This document shows, piece after piece, positions 1 through 7,919 of a stretch of DNA of 42,106 nucleotides. A program made the position numbers and the translations under genes. Within the stretch, counting starts at the first letter, position 1, and each line of letters opens with the position of its first letter. The notes beneath the pieces are model-generated. The model saw nothing but the letters and a program-made list of their open reading frames with translations. It had not been told where the DNA came from and made no database searches. The DNA comes from Vicinamibacterales bacterium. Lineage in GTDB: Bacteria > Acidobacteriota > Vicinamibacteria > Vicinamibacterales > SCN-69-37. The DNA lies in the NCBI GenBank assembly GCA_035711465.1, contig DASTCC010000354.1, positions 1-42,106 on the forward strand, in the 5' to 3' direction.

Positions 1-224
1 TGTTTCGCTAGCGTCAGTGCGGGCGCCCTCGAGGCGCACATCCGCCCTCTCGTCGCGGCCCTTTCAAGCTCGTCGCTGCGGCCTCAATTACGCGCCTGAA
101 CCCCTGTTTCCGCGGTCAGGTGAGACCCAGGATTCATGCGCCGCGTCCGGCGGTGGCGGCGCGGATCTTGCCCCATGACACAGGCGTAGGTTCTGCCTGG
201 AATGGTCAGTGTGCTGTCCCCGTC

Positions 225-1340
225 ATGAAGCCCATTCACGTGCTCGTCGTCGACGACGCCCTCGTGACGCGCCGGATGACCTGCGACGCGCTCGGTGCCG
301 ATCCAGCCATTGTCGTCACCGAGGCCACTCACGGAAACGTCGCGCTGCAGAGGATCGCCGACAGCACGCCGGACGTCGTGATGTTCGACGTCGAGATGGC
401 GGACGCCGACGCACTCGAGATGCTGCGGCAGCTCCGCCGCGCAAGTCCGAAGCTGCCGGTGATCGTGTCCGCCTCGCCGACCGAGCACGGCGCTGCCACA
501 ACCATCGACGCGTTGCTGCTGGGCGCATCTGACTTCGCGATCCGACCTGCCAACCCCGGCCGCGTCCCTCTCGTGCAACAGCAGCTCCGCGAGGATCTGA
601 GTCCGAAGATCAAAGCGCTCGTGCCGTCCGCGCCGGCCGGCACCCCGGCCGGTCCGACGCTCGTGCACGCCACGACGCCGCACGTCGCACCGATGCCGGT
701 CACGCCGATGCCGCCGGCTCGAGCCGTCAAAACCGCTCCGCCCGCCGACGCGATCGCTGTTGGTGCCTCGACAGGCGGGCCCAACGCGCTGGCGGATCTG
801 ATTCCTGCACTGCCCGCGGACTTGCCGGCGCCGGTGCTGATCGTGCAACACCTGCCGGCCGTCTTCACGCGGCTTCTCGCCGAGCGGCTCGCCGCGCGAT
901 CGCAGATGCCGGTCATCGAGGCCACCGCCGATCTCGACGTGCGTGCCGGCCGTGTCTATCTCGCGCCCGGCGGCTTTCACATGACTCTGCGGCGTGAGGG
1001 TGAGCGCATCGTCATCGGTCTGAATCAGGAACGGGCCGAGCACTCGCGCCGGCCGGCGGTGGACGTGCTGTTCAGGAGCGTCAGCCGCGTCTACGGCGCC
1101 GGCGCGCTGGGCGTCGTTCTCACGGGTGGCGGGCAGGATGGCCTGCATGGCGCCGATCACATCGTCAGGCAGGGCGGACGGGTGATCGCACAGGACCAGT
1201 CGACGAGCGTCGTCGACATCCTGCCCGGCCTGGTCGATCGCGCCGGGCTTGCCGATCGCGTGTTGCCGCTTCAGCTCATCGCCGACGAGATCGTGCGGCG
1301 CACGATCGGCGCGACAGTTCGCCGCGCGGTGGGGGACTGA
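225..1340 (+). CDS. cheB: Protein-glutamate methylesterase CheB (receiver domain plus methylesterase domain)
   Basis: ORF track 120..1340. Start moved to ATG 225 (MKPIHVLVVDD), where receiver similarity begins. The receiver has a DD pair and the acceptor Asp in VVMFDVEM. The C-terminal CheB core has GASTGGP (Ser), VQHLP (His) and RPAVDVLF (Asp). Confidence 0.9.
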   Translation: MKPIHVLVVDDALVTRRMTCDALGADPAIVVTEATHGNVALQRIADSTPDVVMFDVEMADADALEMLRQLRRASPKLPVIVSASPTEHGAATTIDALLLGASDFAIRPANPGRVPLVQQQLREDLSPKIKALVPSAPAGTPAGPTLVHATTPHVAPMPVTPMPPARAVKTAPPADAIAVGASTGGPNALADLIPALPADLPAPVLIVQHLPAVFTRLLAERLAARSQMPVIEATADLDVRAGRVYLAPGGFHMTLRREGERIVIGLNQERAEHSRRPAVDVLFRSVSRVYGAGALGVVLTGGGQDGLHGADHIVRQGGRVIAQDQSTSVVDILPGLVDRAGLADRVLPLQLIADEIVRRTIGATVRRAVGD

Positions 1341-1344
1341 CGGA

Positions 1345-1362
1345 TCAGGCCTTCAAGCCTGA
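1345..1362. terminator. Small hairpin TCAGGC-CTTCAA-GCCTGA between the convergent cheB and MshEN-fusion genes
   Basis: A perfect 6-bp inverted repeat read directly from the sequence. It contains the GCCTTCAAGCC word also found at 20186-20238 and 40471-40540. There is no T-tract. Confidence 0.3.
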
Positions 1363-1408
1363 CAAATGACGCGACGACGATTCCCGAAGTCGACTTTGGA
1401 ACGCACTC

Positions 1409-2470
1409 CTAGAACCGCTGAGCCGACGCCGCCAGGAGGCGGCGAATCGTGGCCTCGACTTCGCGCGCGCCGAGGGACGTCTGCGCGAGCGTCGCGGGCT
1501 TGGCGCCCTCGAGCGAGGGCTGGCGGCTCATCAGCCACGCGGCCGCCAGACCGCGATCGTCGCGGAAGAGCTCCAGCGCGAGACCGCAGATGTACGCCGC
1601 GCGCAGCAGTCGATCGGATTCCTCGCTCGACAACCGGCCTTCCTGCTTGCGGCGCAGCACGCCGCCGCGAGGGATGCTGACCATCTCGAGGACGCGGTCC
1701 TCTGGCAGGCCGGAGTTGATGACCAGACGCTCCAGCGTCTCGTACGGCAGCCCTTCCTCGAGCGACTGATTCAGGGCCTGAAACGACGCCGGCCGCAAAC
1801 CGACGAGCGCTGCGTAGGCCAGCCGCGTGGTCTCGGGATGCCCGAGCATCGATCGGAAATGGGCGATGTCGCCGGCGGCGCCGGCGTCCGATTCGCCGCG
1901 ATTCCTCGTCAGTCGCGACGCCAGTGCCGCGGTGCCGCGAGTGGCCGCATCGTCATAGAGCCGCCGCAGCGCCTTGCGGATCGCCAGCGCCGAGGAAGTG
2001 ACGACGATGATCGACGATCCCGTCAGCTGACCGAGCTCGTCGACGACGTTGCCGGCGGTGGGATCGTCCATCGCGACGGTCAGCGTCGGACCGAACTGGG
2101 CGATCGGCAGGACCAGGTGCTCGGTCGCGAACTCCTGCGGCACCGATCGCGACAGCGCGCGATCGACGACGACGTTGTCGAGATCGAGGTAGGGGATGCC
2201 GAGCTGCGTGCCGAGCGCGCGGCGCATCACCTCGTCGGTGACGAATCCGAGCTTCAGCAGGGCCTGGCCGAGCGGCAGCTTGCTGGTCTTCTGGGCGGTG
2301 AGCGCCTGATCGAGTTGCTCGGTCGTGATCGCTTCGCTCGCGACGAGGAGTTCGCCGAGCCGCTTGCGGCCCTGCGGTCCCGGCGGCCTCGATATGGTCT
2401 TCCGCGAATCGCCCGAGGACATTCGCTGAGTATCATGCGCGGTCCTCCGGGCAACGTCAACAACGCGCAA
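1409..2470 (-). CDS. Fusion protein: T2SSE_N/MshEN-type domain plus Xre-like HTH and DUF2384 (MbcA/ParS-type antitoxin toxin-binding) domain
   Basis: The N-terminal half matches the GspE/MshE N-domain (RLGELLVASEAITTEQLDQALTAQ-KTSKL-PLGQALLKLGFVTDEVMRRALGTQ, then LGIPYLDLD...LPIAQFGPTLTVAMDDP...). The C-terminal ~150 aa matches RES-type antitoxins (RRKQEGRLSSEESDRLLRAAYICGLALELFRDDRGLAAAWLMSRQPSLEGAKPATLAQTSLGAREVEATIRRL). An alternative start is ATG 2422 (MSSGDSRK). Confidence 0.75.
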   Translation of the reverse strand: MRVVDVARRTAHDTQRMSSGDSRKTISRPPGPQGRKRLGELLVASEAITTEQLDQALTAQKTSKLPLGQALLKLGFVTDEVMRRALGTQLGIPYLDLDNVVVDRALSRSVPQEFATEHLVLPIAQFGPTLTVAMDDPTAGNVVDELGQLTGSSIIVVTSSALAIRKALRRLYDDAATRGTAALASRLTRNRGESDAGAAGDIAHFRSMLGHPETTRLAYAALVGLRPASFQALNQSLEEGLPYETLERLVINSGLPEDRVLEMVSIPRGGVLRRKQEGRLSSEESDRLLRAAYICGLALELFRDDRGLAAAWLMSRQPSLEGAKPATLAQTSLGAREVEATIRRLLAASAQRF

Positions 2471-2604
2471 AGAGTCATCGAGAGGTCGTTCGAGTTCGTT
2501 CGTTGCAACATGACGCCTTACTGCCGCTAAAGGCGCGCGTTTTCACGCCGATTTTCAGGGGGACCCGGCAAGCGGCCGGCGGAGCGTGTGCCCGCGAGAC
2601 GACG

Positions 2605-3915
2605 ATGCCCGAAGAGTTGTTGAAGGAATTCCTGATCGAGTGCCACGAGAGCCTCGACAGGCTCGATCAGGACTTCGTCGCCCTCGAACGGAACGCGCAC
2701 GATCGCGAACGACTGAGCTCCGCGTTCCGAACCATCCACACCATCAAAGGCACCTGCGGCTTCCTCGCCCTGAGCAAGCTCGAGTCGGTGAGTCACGCCG
2801 GCGAGAGTCTGCTCTCGCACCTGCGCGACGGCCGCCTGACGCTCGACGCGGAGATGACGACCGCGCTGCTGGCGATGGTCGACGCGATTCGACGGATCCT
2901 CGCTGCGGTCGAGGCCACTGGCGAAGAGGGGGCCGAGAATCCCTCACGCCTCGTCGCCGAGCTCGAGCGGTTGAACGCAGGCCGCCGGCGTCCAGCCGGC
3001 GCGCCGGCACCGGCAGCGGCTGAGCTCACCATCGAAGCGGTCGAGGACCCGCGCTCCGGCGAGGATCGGCGCAGCCACGACGAGCGCCGCGCGGGCCTCC
3101 CGGATTCGTCGCTGCGCATCGACGTCGGCGTTCTCGACGAGCTGATGAATCTGGTCGGGGAGCTCGCGCTCGTCCGCGATCGGATGCTCGAGCTCACGGC
3201 GACCCGGCCCGGCGGCGACTTCGCCAGCGCCGCGGTCCGTCTCGACCGGGTCACGTCCGGCCTGCAGGAAAGCGTCATGAAGACGCGGATGCAGCCGATC
3301 GGGCACGTCTGGGGCAAGGTCCCGCGCATGGCCCGCGACCTCGCGGCGCAATGCGGCAAGTTGGTACGGGTCGAGATGGACGGGGAGCACGTCGACCTCG
3401 ACAGGACGATCGTCGACGCGATCAAAGATCCCCTGACCCACGCCGTGCGCAATTCGGTCGGCCACGGGATCGAGACGCCCTCCGAGCGACGCGCCCTGGG
3501 TAAGTCGGCCGAAGGGGTCATTCGTCTCCGCGCGGTGCGCGAACCTGGCTGCATCCGGATCGAGATCGCGGACGACGGGGCCGGCGTCGATCTCGCGCGT
3601 GTGCGGGCGAGGGCCGTCGAGCGCGGCGTGCTTTCGGCGAGTCAGGCCGCCGGGTTGAGCGATCGAGACGCGGCGCGGCTCGTGTTCCTTCCTGGCTTCT
3701 CGACGGTCAAGAAGGTGTCACACCTGTCGGGCCGCGGCGTCGGCATGGATGTCGTCAGGACGAACGTCGCGAAGATCGGCGGCAAGGTCGACATCGAGAG
3801 CGCGCGCGGCGCCGGCACCGTGCTGCGCATCACCATCCCGATCCTCGCGGTGAACGCTCAGCGGGAATCCCAGATCGCCGCCGGGCCGAAGAGACCGTTG
3901 ACGAATCCGATCTGA
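2605..3915 (+). CDS. cheA: CheA-like histidine kinase with Hpt(P1), dimerisation(P3) and HATPase(P4) domains only; no P2 or P5
   Basis: ORF track 2503..3915. Start moved to ATG 2605 (MPEELLKEFLIE). Hpt His lies in FRTIHTIKGTCGF, P3 is LRIDVGVLDELMNLVGELALVRDRM, and P4 has the N box HAVRNSVGHGIE and the G boxes DDGAGVD and GRGVGMDVV. The protein ends about 20 aa after ...GTVLRITIPILAV, where P5 normally starts. Confidence 0.85.
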   Translation: MPEELLKEFLIECHESLDRLDQDFVALERNAHDRERLSSAFRTIHTIKGTCGFLALSKLESVSHAGESLLSHLRDGRLTLDAEMTTALLAMVDAIRRILAAVEATGEEGAENPSRLVAELERLNAGRRRPAGAPAPAAAELTIEAVEDPRSGEDRRSHDERRAGLPDSSLRIDVGVLDELMNLVGELALVRDRMLELTATRPGGDFASAAVRLDRVTSGLQESVMKTRMQPIGHVWGKVPRMARDLAAQCGKLVRVEMDGEHVDLDRTIVDAIKDPLTHAVRNSVGHGIETPSERRALGKSAEGVIRLRAVREPGCIRIEIADDGAGVDLARVRARAVERGVLSASQAAGLSDRDAARLVFLPGFSTVKKVSHLSGRGVGMDVVRTNVAKIGGKVDIESARGAGTVLRITIPILAVNAQRESQIAAGPKRPLTNPI

Positions 3916-4574
3916 TAGGCGAGGACGAGGCCGAACAGCACGCTCGCGACGCCGGCGCCGGCGTGGAGCGCGCGCGAGAGCACCGGCACGCGGCCCGTCG
4001 TCATCGCGAACGGCACCGCAATCAACGCCGTGATCAGCATCATGCCAAGGATCGTGCCGAGGCCGAAGACACCGAGATAGACGAGTGCCCAGACCGGGTC
4101 GCCGATCGCCGACATCACCAGCAGCGCGACCGCGGCCGAGCCGGCGAGCCCGTGCACGACGCCGACGAGGAGCGGACGCACGAGCATGTACAGCGTGCCG
4201 CCGTCGAAGCGGCGGTCGAGCCAGGCCACGGCGTCGTCGGCCGCATGCGAGTGCGTGCCGCGCTCGTGGCGATGCTGCCGACGCAGTCCCGCGATCGTGC
4301 CGATGCCAAGCAGCACGAGCATCACCGCGACGGCGAACTCCATCGCCAGCCCAAGCCGAGCCGGCATCACCCAGCCGAAGAGGACGATGGCGCCGCCGAC
4401 GACGAACACGGTGAGCGTGTGGCCCAGTCCCCACGCCGCGCCGACGAGGCCGGCCTGGCGAATCGATCGGTGACGCGAGACGATCGTCGACACCGCGACG
4501 ACGTGATCGGGATCGGTGGCGTGCCGCATGCCGAGCAGGAAGCCGAGGGCCACGATGCCCATCGTTCCGGTCAT
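3858..4574 (-). CDS. NicO/RcnA/NiCoT-like nickel/cobalt transporter (6 predicted TM segments, His-rich loop)
   Basis: This is the C-terminal 238 codons of ORF 3858..5162, starting at ATG 4574 (MTGTMGIVALGF). It has the signature LGMRHATDPDHVVAV, a His-rich loop RRQHRHERGTHSH and a second-half HGLAGSAA. The upstream part of the track ORF looks non-coding. Confidence 0.75.
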   Translation of the reverse strand: MTGTMGIVALGFLLGMRHATDPDHVVAVSTIVSRHRSIRQAGLVGAAWGLGHTLTVFVVGGAIVLFGWVMPARLGLAMEFAVAVMLVLLGIGTIAGLRRQHRHERGTHSHAADDAVAWLDRRFDGGTLYMLVRPLLVGVVHGLAGSAAVALLVMSAIGDPVWALVYLGVFGLGTILGMMLITALIAVPFAMTTGRVPVLSRALHAGAGVASVLFGLVLAYQIGFVNGLFGPAAIWDSR

Positions 4575-4655
4575 GCCCGGGACACCAGCGATCGAGAACG
4601 GCGCGTGAACATCGGGGTGATTTGCAAAGGGGCCAAAGACCTGCGATCTTACCCC

Positions 4656-5012
4656 ATGGTCGCCCGGCGCCGTCGCTTCGTCGCCATCGCCGCGATCGTC
4701 GTCAGTCTCGCCGCTGCGTCGCTGGACGCGCAGCGATTCGTCGCTCCGCCCTCGGCATCCCAGCCCTTCAATCCCGTGCCGCGCGACCTGCCGCCGCTCC
4801 ACATCAGCGGCGAAACCAAGATGCGGCTGCGCAACGCGTCGATCGATTCGAGGCTGCCCGCCAATCGCTGGCTGCAGACGCCGGAGCCGACGGGCGCGCG
4901 AACGCCCGAGCGCATCCGCCGCGCCGTCGTCACGCTCACGGCCCTCGCCGCCAGCGCGATGGTGCTGCTGCTGGTCGCCGCCTGGCTCTTCCTCCGCCGC
5001 CGCCAGCCCTGA
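4656..5012 (+). CDS. Hypothetical exported protein with a C-terminal membrane anchor (118 aa)
   Basis: In-frame ATG 4656 inside track ORF 3963..5012. It has an N-terminal signal-like segment MVARRRRFVAIAAIVVSLAAASLDAQ and a C-terminal hydrophobic helix followed by RRRQP. No family was recognised. Confidence 0.45.
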   Translation: MVARRRRFVAIAAIVVSLAAASLDAQRFVAPPSASQPFNPVPRDLPPLHISGETKMRLRNASIDSRLPANRWLQTPEPTGARTPERIRRAVVTLTALAASAMVLLLVAAWLFLRRRQP

Positions 5013-5067
5013 CGGCTGAAAACTGAAATCTGAAATCCGGCGTCCAAAGCGGCACCGGAGGTGCCCG

Positions 5068-5670
5068 ATGATAGTCGTCCTCGCCGCCGCGATCGTTGGC
5101 GCGTCGCTGTCCGCTGCACCGGCGTACGCGCAAGTCGTCCCGCCCGGTGCGCCCGTTGCCACGCCGGCGCCCGCGCCGCAGGTGGCCGTGCCGGCTCCGT
5201 TTCCAGCCGACGCGAGGCTCGGCTACGTCAATCTGCAGGCGGTGTTCAACGAGTCCAACCTCGGCAGGGAAGCGCTGGTGCAGGTCAAGACGCTGAGCGA
5301 TCGGCTGAGCCTGCAGCTGGACGCGCGGCTGAAGGAGATCCAGGGCCTCTCGGAGAAGATCAAGACGCAGCAGGGCATCGCATCGGAGACGGCGATGACG
5401 ACGTGGAACGTCGATCTCGCCAGACTCCAGCGTGAGGCGCAGTTCGCGCAGCAGGAAGCGCGCATACAGGTCGAGCAGCTGCAGCAGGCGCTGCTGGCGG
5501 GATTCCAGAAGCGCGTGATGCCGCTCGTCGAGAGGCTCCGCGCCGAGCGCGGCCTGACGATGATCCTCACCCTTCAGGACGGCCAGTCCAACGGCGTGAC
5601 CATCCTCGCCGCCGACCCGCGCGTCGATCTATCCGGTGAGCTGGTCACCCGTCTCAACGCCGAGCGCTGA
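5068..5670 (+). CDS. OmpH/Skp-family periplasmic chaperone
   Basis: It has a signal peptide ending AYAQ and a GGAGG 6 nt upstream of the ATG. OmpH-like features are LGYVNLQAVFNES, a long coiled-coil Q/E/R-rich middle and the GFQKRVMPLVERL tail. Confidence 0.8.
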   Translation: MIVVLAAAIVGASLSAAPAYAQVVPPGAPVATPAPAPQVAVPAPFPADARLGYVNLQAVFNESNLGREALVQVKTLSDRLSLQLDARLKEIQGLSEKIKTQQGIASETAMTTWNVDLARLQREAQFAQQEARIQVEQLQQALLAGFQKRVMPLVERLRAERGLTMILTLQDGQSNGVTILAADPRVDLSGELVTRLNAER

Positions 5671-5717
5671 GCGGCCGCTGGTGACACAATCGGTGTGCCT
5701 GCCTGCGGGAGACGCCG

Positions 5718-6152
5718 ATGACGAGCCCCCGCCGCCGAGGCGCCATCGCGATGGTTGCGATGGCTCTCGCGGCTCTCACCTACGGTTGTGACGACAACAC
5801 GCTTCCCACCGCGCCCACGGATCTGACCGAGGGCGTCGTGATCTACGAGCATGCCAACTTCATGGGCCGCTCGGCCCACCTGACGAGCGACGTCAGGAAC
5901 CTGAGAGACTTCGACGGCCCGTGCGCGCACGGTGACGGCGACGATGTCGCGGAAGTCTGGGACGACTGCGCATCGTCGATCCGGGTCGCGCCGGGGTGGC
6001 GCGCCATCCTCTATGTCGATGACGACTTCGACGGCCAGCAGCTGACGGTGACGACCGACGTCGAGAACCTCGTGTTTTCGCCGGGCACGTGCGACAAGGG
6101 CGGCTTCAACGACTGCACGACGTCGATTCGCGTAACTCGGCCGACTCAGTGA
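5718..6152 (+). CDS. Lipoprotein with a beta/gamma-crystallin-like (peptidase-inhibitor I36-like) domain
   Basis: The lipobox is ALTYGC. Two Greek-key-like repeats each end in D-C-x-S-S-IRV (VIYEHANFMGRS...DCASSIRV and AILYVDDDFDGQQL...NDCTTSIRV). Confidence 0.65.
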   Translation: MTSPRRRGAIAMVAMALAALTYGCDDNTLPTAPTDLTEGVVIYEHANFMGRSAHLTSDVRNLRDFDGPCAHGDGDDVAEVWDDCASSIRVAPGWRAILYVDDDFDGQQLTVTTDVENLVFSPGTCDKGGFNDCTTSIRVTRPTQ

Positions 6153-6832
6153 ACGACGTCCACCAGGGCGGCGACGCTCTCGAGGATCAGCGCGTGAGGC
6201 TGGCGGCCGAGCGTCCCGCGTGTGCCGGCGCCTGACAGGACGCCGACCGCCGCGTCGATGCCGGCGGCGTGCGCGGCTTCGAGATCCGCGGGTGTGTCGC
6301 CGGCGACGAGCACCCGCGTGCGATCGCTCACGCCTGCCCGACGCATCGCTTCGAGAATCAAGTCCGGCGCCGGCCTGCCGCGTTCGACGTCGTCGCCGCT
6401 GACGACGTGCGACACGAGGGCCGGCGTCCAGCCGAGTCGAGCGGCGAGATCGGTCACGATCTCGCGGTCGAGGCCCGAGCAGAGCGCGATGACGACGCCG
6501 CGGGCGCGGAGCCATTCGAAGGTCGCCGTCGTTCCGGGAATCTCGCGCGCGGGCGCCGCGGCGAACCGATCGATGAGCGTCCGGCGGAACGAGGCCAGCC
6601 ACGCCGCGCTCAGGCGATCGACGTCGGCCGCATCCGGCGTCGTGTCCGCGGCGAGCGAGCGAAACGCGTCGCGCTTGTTGAGGCCGCGGACCGCGGCGAT
6701 CGCGGCGCGCTCGACGGAGACGCCAGATTGGGCCAGCGTCGCCTCGAACAGATCGCCGACCGCATCGGAGCCCGCGACGGTCGTGCCGATCATGTCGAAG
6801 ATCGCGAGGGCGGGAAGGTCGAGCGGACGCAC
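6146..6832 (-). CDS. HAD-superfamily hydrolase, phosphonatase-like subfamily
   Basis: Motif I is FDMIGTT (a DxxGT variant like phosphonatase-like hydrolases), motif II is LCSG, and motif III/IV is GRPAPD...VAGDTPADL. The start was set to GTG 6832 (VRPLDLPALAIFD) because the longer track ORF overlaps the anti-sigma gene. The start remains uncertain. Confidence 0.7.
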   Translation of the reverse strand: MRPLDLPALAIFDMIGTTVAGSDAVGDLFEATLAQSGVSVERAAIAAVRGLNKRDAFRSLAADTTPDAADVDRLSAAWLASFRRTLIDRFAAAPAREIPGTTATFEWLRARGVVIALCSGLDREIVTDLAARLGWTPALVSHVVSGDDVERGRPAPDLILEAMRRAGVSDRTRVLVAGDTPADLEAAHAAGIDAAVGVLSGAGTRGTLGRQPHALILESVAALVDVVH

Positions 6833-6870
6833 GTCGGACGATCGGCGACGCCAGACGCGCCCGGCTGCGG

Positions 6871-7311
6871 TCAAGAGCTGCTGCGCGACATCCAGCGGAA
6901 CATCGCCAGCATGCTGCCGGCGGTGAGCAGGACGGCGCCGGCGAGCCAGGGAAGCGTGGACGTGGCCGCGACGGTCGCGCTCTGCATCGTCGGCCAGAAC
7001 TCCGCCCGCCAGCCCCAATACGCCAGCAGCACGAGCCCGACGATGCCGCAGACCAGCTGGCCGATGGTGATGATGCGCGACGCGACCTCTTCGGCGCGGA
7101 GGCGGCGAGCATGACGCGCGCGCTGCCAGATCATCTGTGCGTTCGCGCGCGGCGGAGGACCGACCCGCGCCGTGCCCAGCACCGCGGCGATCGTCCGGAC
7201 CTCACCGCACGTGCGGCAGCGGTCCGCGTGCGACTGCAGGACTGGCGTCCACCGTCCCGTGACCGACGCCTGTCGAACCGCGTCTTCGTGTGCGCAGCCG
7301 CGGCGAATCAT
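6871..7311 (-). CDS. Membrane-anchored anti-sigma factor (zf-HC2 type)
   Basis: The Zn-finger pattern is C-x27-H-x3-C-x2-C (MIRRGCAHEDA...SHADRCRTC), followed by TM helices. Its ATG overlaps the sigma-factor stop in an ATGA (7308-7311), suggesting translational coupling. Confidence 0.7.
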   Translation of the reverse strand: MIRRGCAHEDAVRQASVTGRWTPVLQSHADRCRTCGEVRTIAAVLGTARVGPPPRANAQMIWQRARHARRLRAEEVASRIITIGQLVCGIVGLVLLAYWGWRAEFWPTMQSATVAATSTLPWLAGAVLLTAGSMLAMFRWMSRSSS

Positions 7312-7919
7312 GACGTGCGCTCCGACGGCAGGCCGTTCTCGGCGCGCCATGCCTCGAGCGCCGACGCGAAGCGGCGGCGCGCCCGGAAGAGCAGAGGCTT
7401 CAGGCTCGCGCGCATCAGGCCGGTGATGCCGGCGATCTCCTTGTGCGACAGCCCTTCGACGTAGGCGAGCAGCAGCAGCTCGCGATCGCGCGGCGTTACG
7501 CGGCCGAGCACGGTCCAGACATCGTCGGCCCGATCCATTGCGGCGCCAGGATCGTCTGCCGACACGCGGTGGTCGTCGGCTGGATCGTGCGCGACGAAAC
7601 GACGCTCGCGGCGGAAGTGATCGCGAGCGAGGTTCGTGGCGATCTTGAACAGATAGTTCTTCCGATGCTCGTCGTCGGCCGGCACGTTCGCCGCGGTGAG
7701 CAGGCGCAGGTAGGCATCCTGGAGCAGGTCGTCGGCGACGCCGGCGTCACGGGTCAGACGGCGCAGGTAGCGGCTGACGGGACCGGAGGTCCTCGCGTAG
7801 AACTCGAGGAACGCCGGCTCGTTCATCGGCAGCCGGCCGACCCGTTCCGCGACGAGTGCTTCCACGACACTGGGAGCAGCAGCGAGCGGGTTCACGCTTC
7901 CTGACCGTTCTGCTGCCAC
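7308..7919 (-). CDS. ECF-type RNA polymerase sigma-70 family factor
   Basis: Region 2 is DDLLQDAYLRLL...YLFKIATNLARDHFRRERR. Region 4 is RDRELLLLAYVEGLSHKEIAGITGLMRASLKPLLFRARRRF. An alternative start is ATG 7826. Confidence 0.9.
   Translation of the reverse strand: MAAERSGSVNPLAAAPSVVEALVAERVGRLPMNEPAFLEFYARTSGPVSRYLRRLTRDAGVADDLLQDAYLRLLTAANVPADDEHRKNYLFKIATNLARDHFRRERRFVAHDPADDHRVSADDPGAAMDRADDVWTVLGRVTPRDRELLLLAYVEGLSHKEIAGITGLMRASLKPLLFRARRRFASALEAWRAENGLPSERTS

Noticed and set aside
1-99. Open frame running from the window edge to TGA 97-99 (…AHIRPLVAALSSSSLRPQLRA*); possibly the 3' end of an upstream gene
   Set aside because: It is only 32 codons with no recognisable motif. GC3 is high, but that is true of most frames here. 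It cannot be supported without the upstream sequence.
84-1160. Long minus-strand ORF (358 aa) and the nested ORFs opposite cheB
   Set aside because: The translation is Arg/Gly/Asp/His-rich and low in complexity with no recognisable motifs. It lies exactly antisense to a well-supported cheB. This is the typical stop-free shadow frame of GC-rich DNA.
1340-2605. Search for a RES/ParT/MbcT-type toxin partner for the DUF2384 domain
   Set aside because: Both flanks are occupied by cheB (convergent, 68-nt gap) and cheA (divergent). No additional ORF with toxin-like motifs fits in any frame. The antitoxin-like unit is therefore treated as an orphan.
4656-5012. PEP-CTERM-like sorting signal (TPEP ... 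TM helix ... RRRQP) in the small exported protein
   Set aside because: The PEP tripeptide is separated from the hydrophobic helix by about 14 residues instead of abutting it. No exosortase gene is in the window. The resemblance is too weak to call.
5016-5037. CTGAAA(A/T) triple repeat after the small ORF at 4656-5012
   Set aside because: It has three short units with no inverted partner. It is consistent with the general word-stutter style of intergenic DNA here but too small to interpret on its own.
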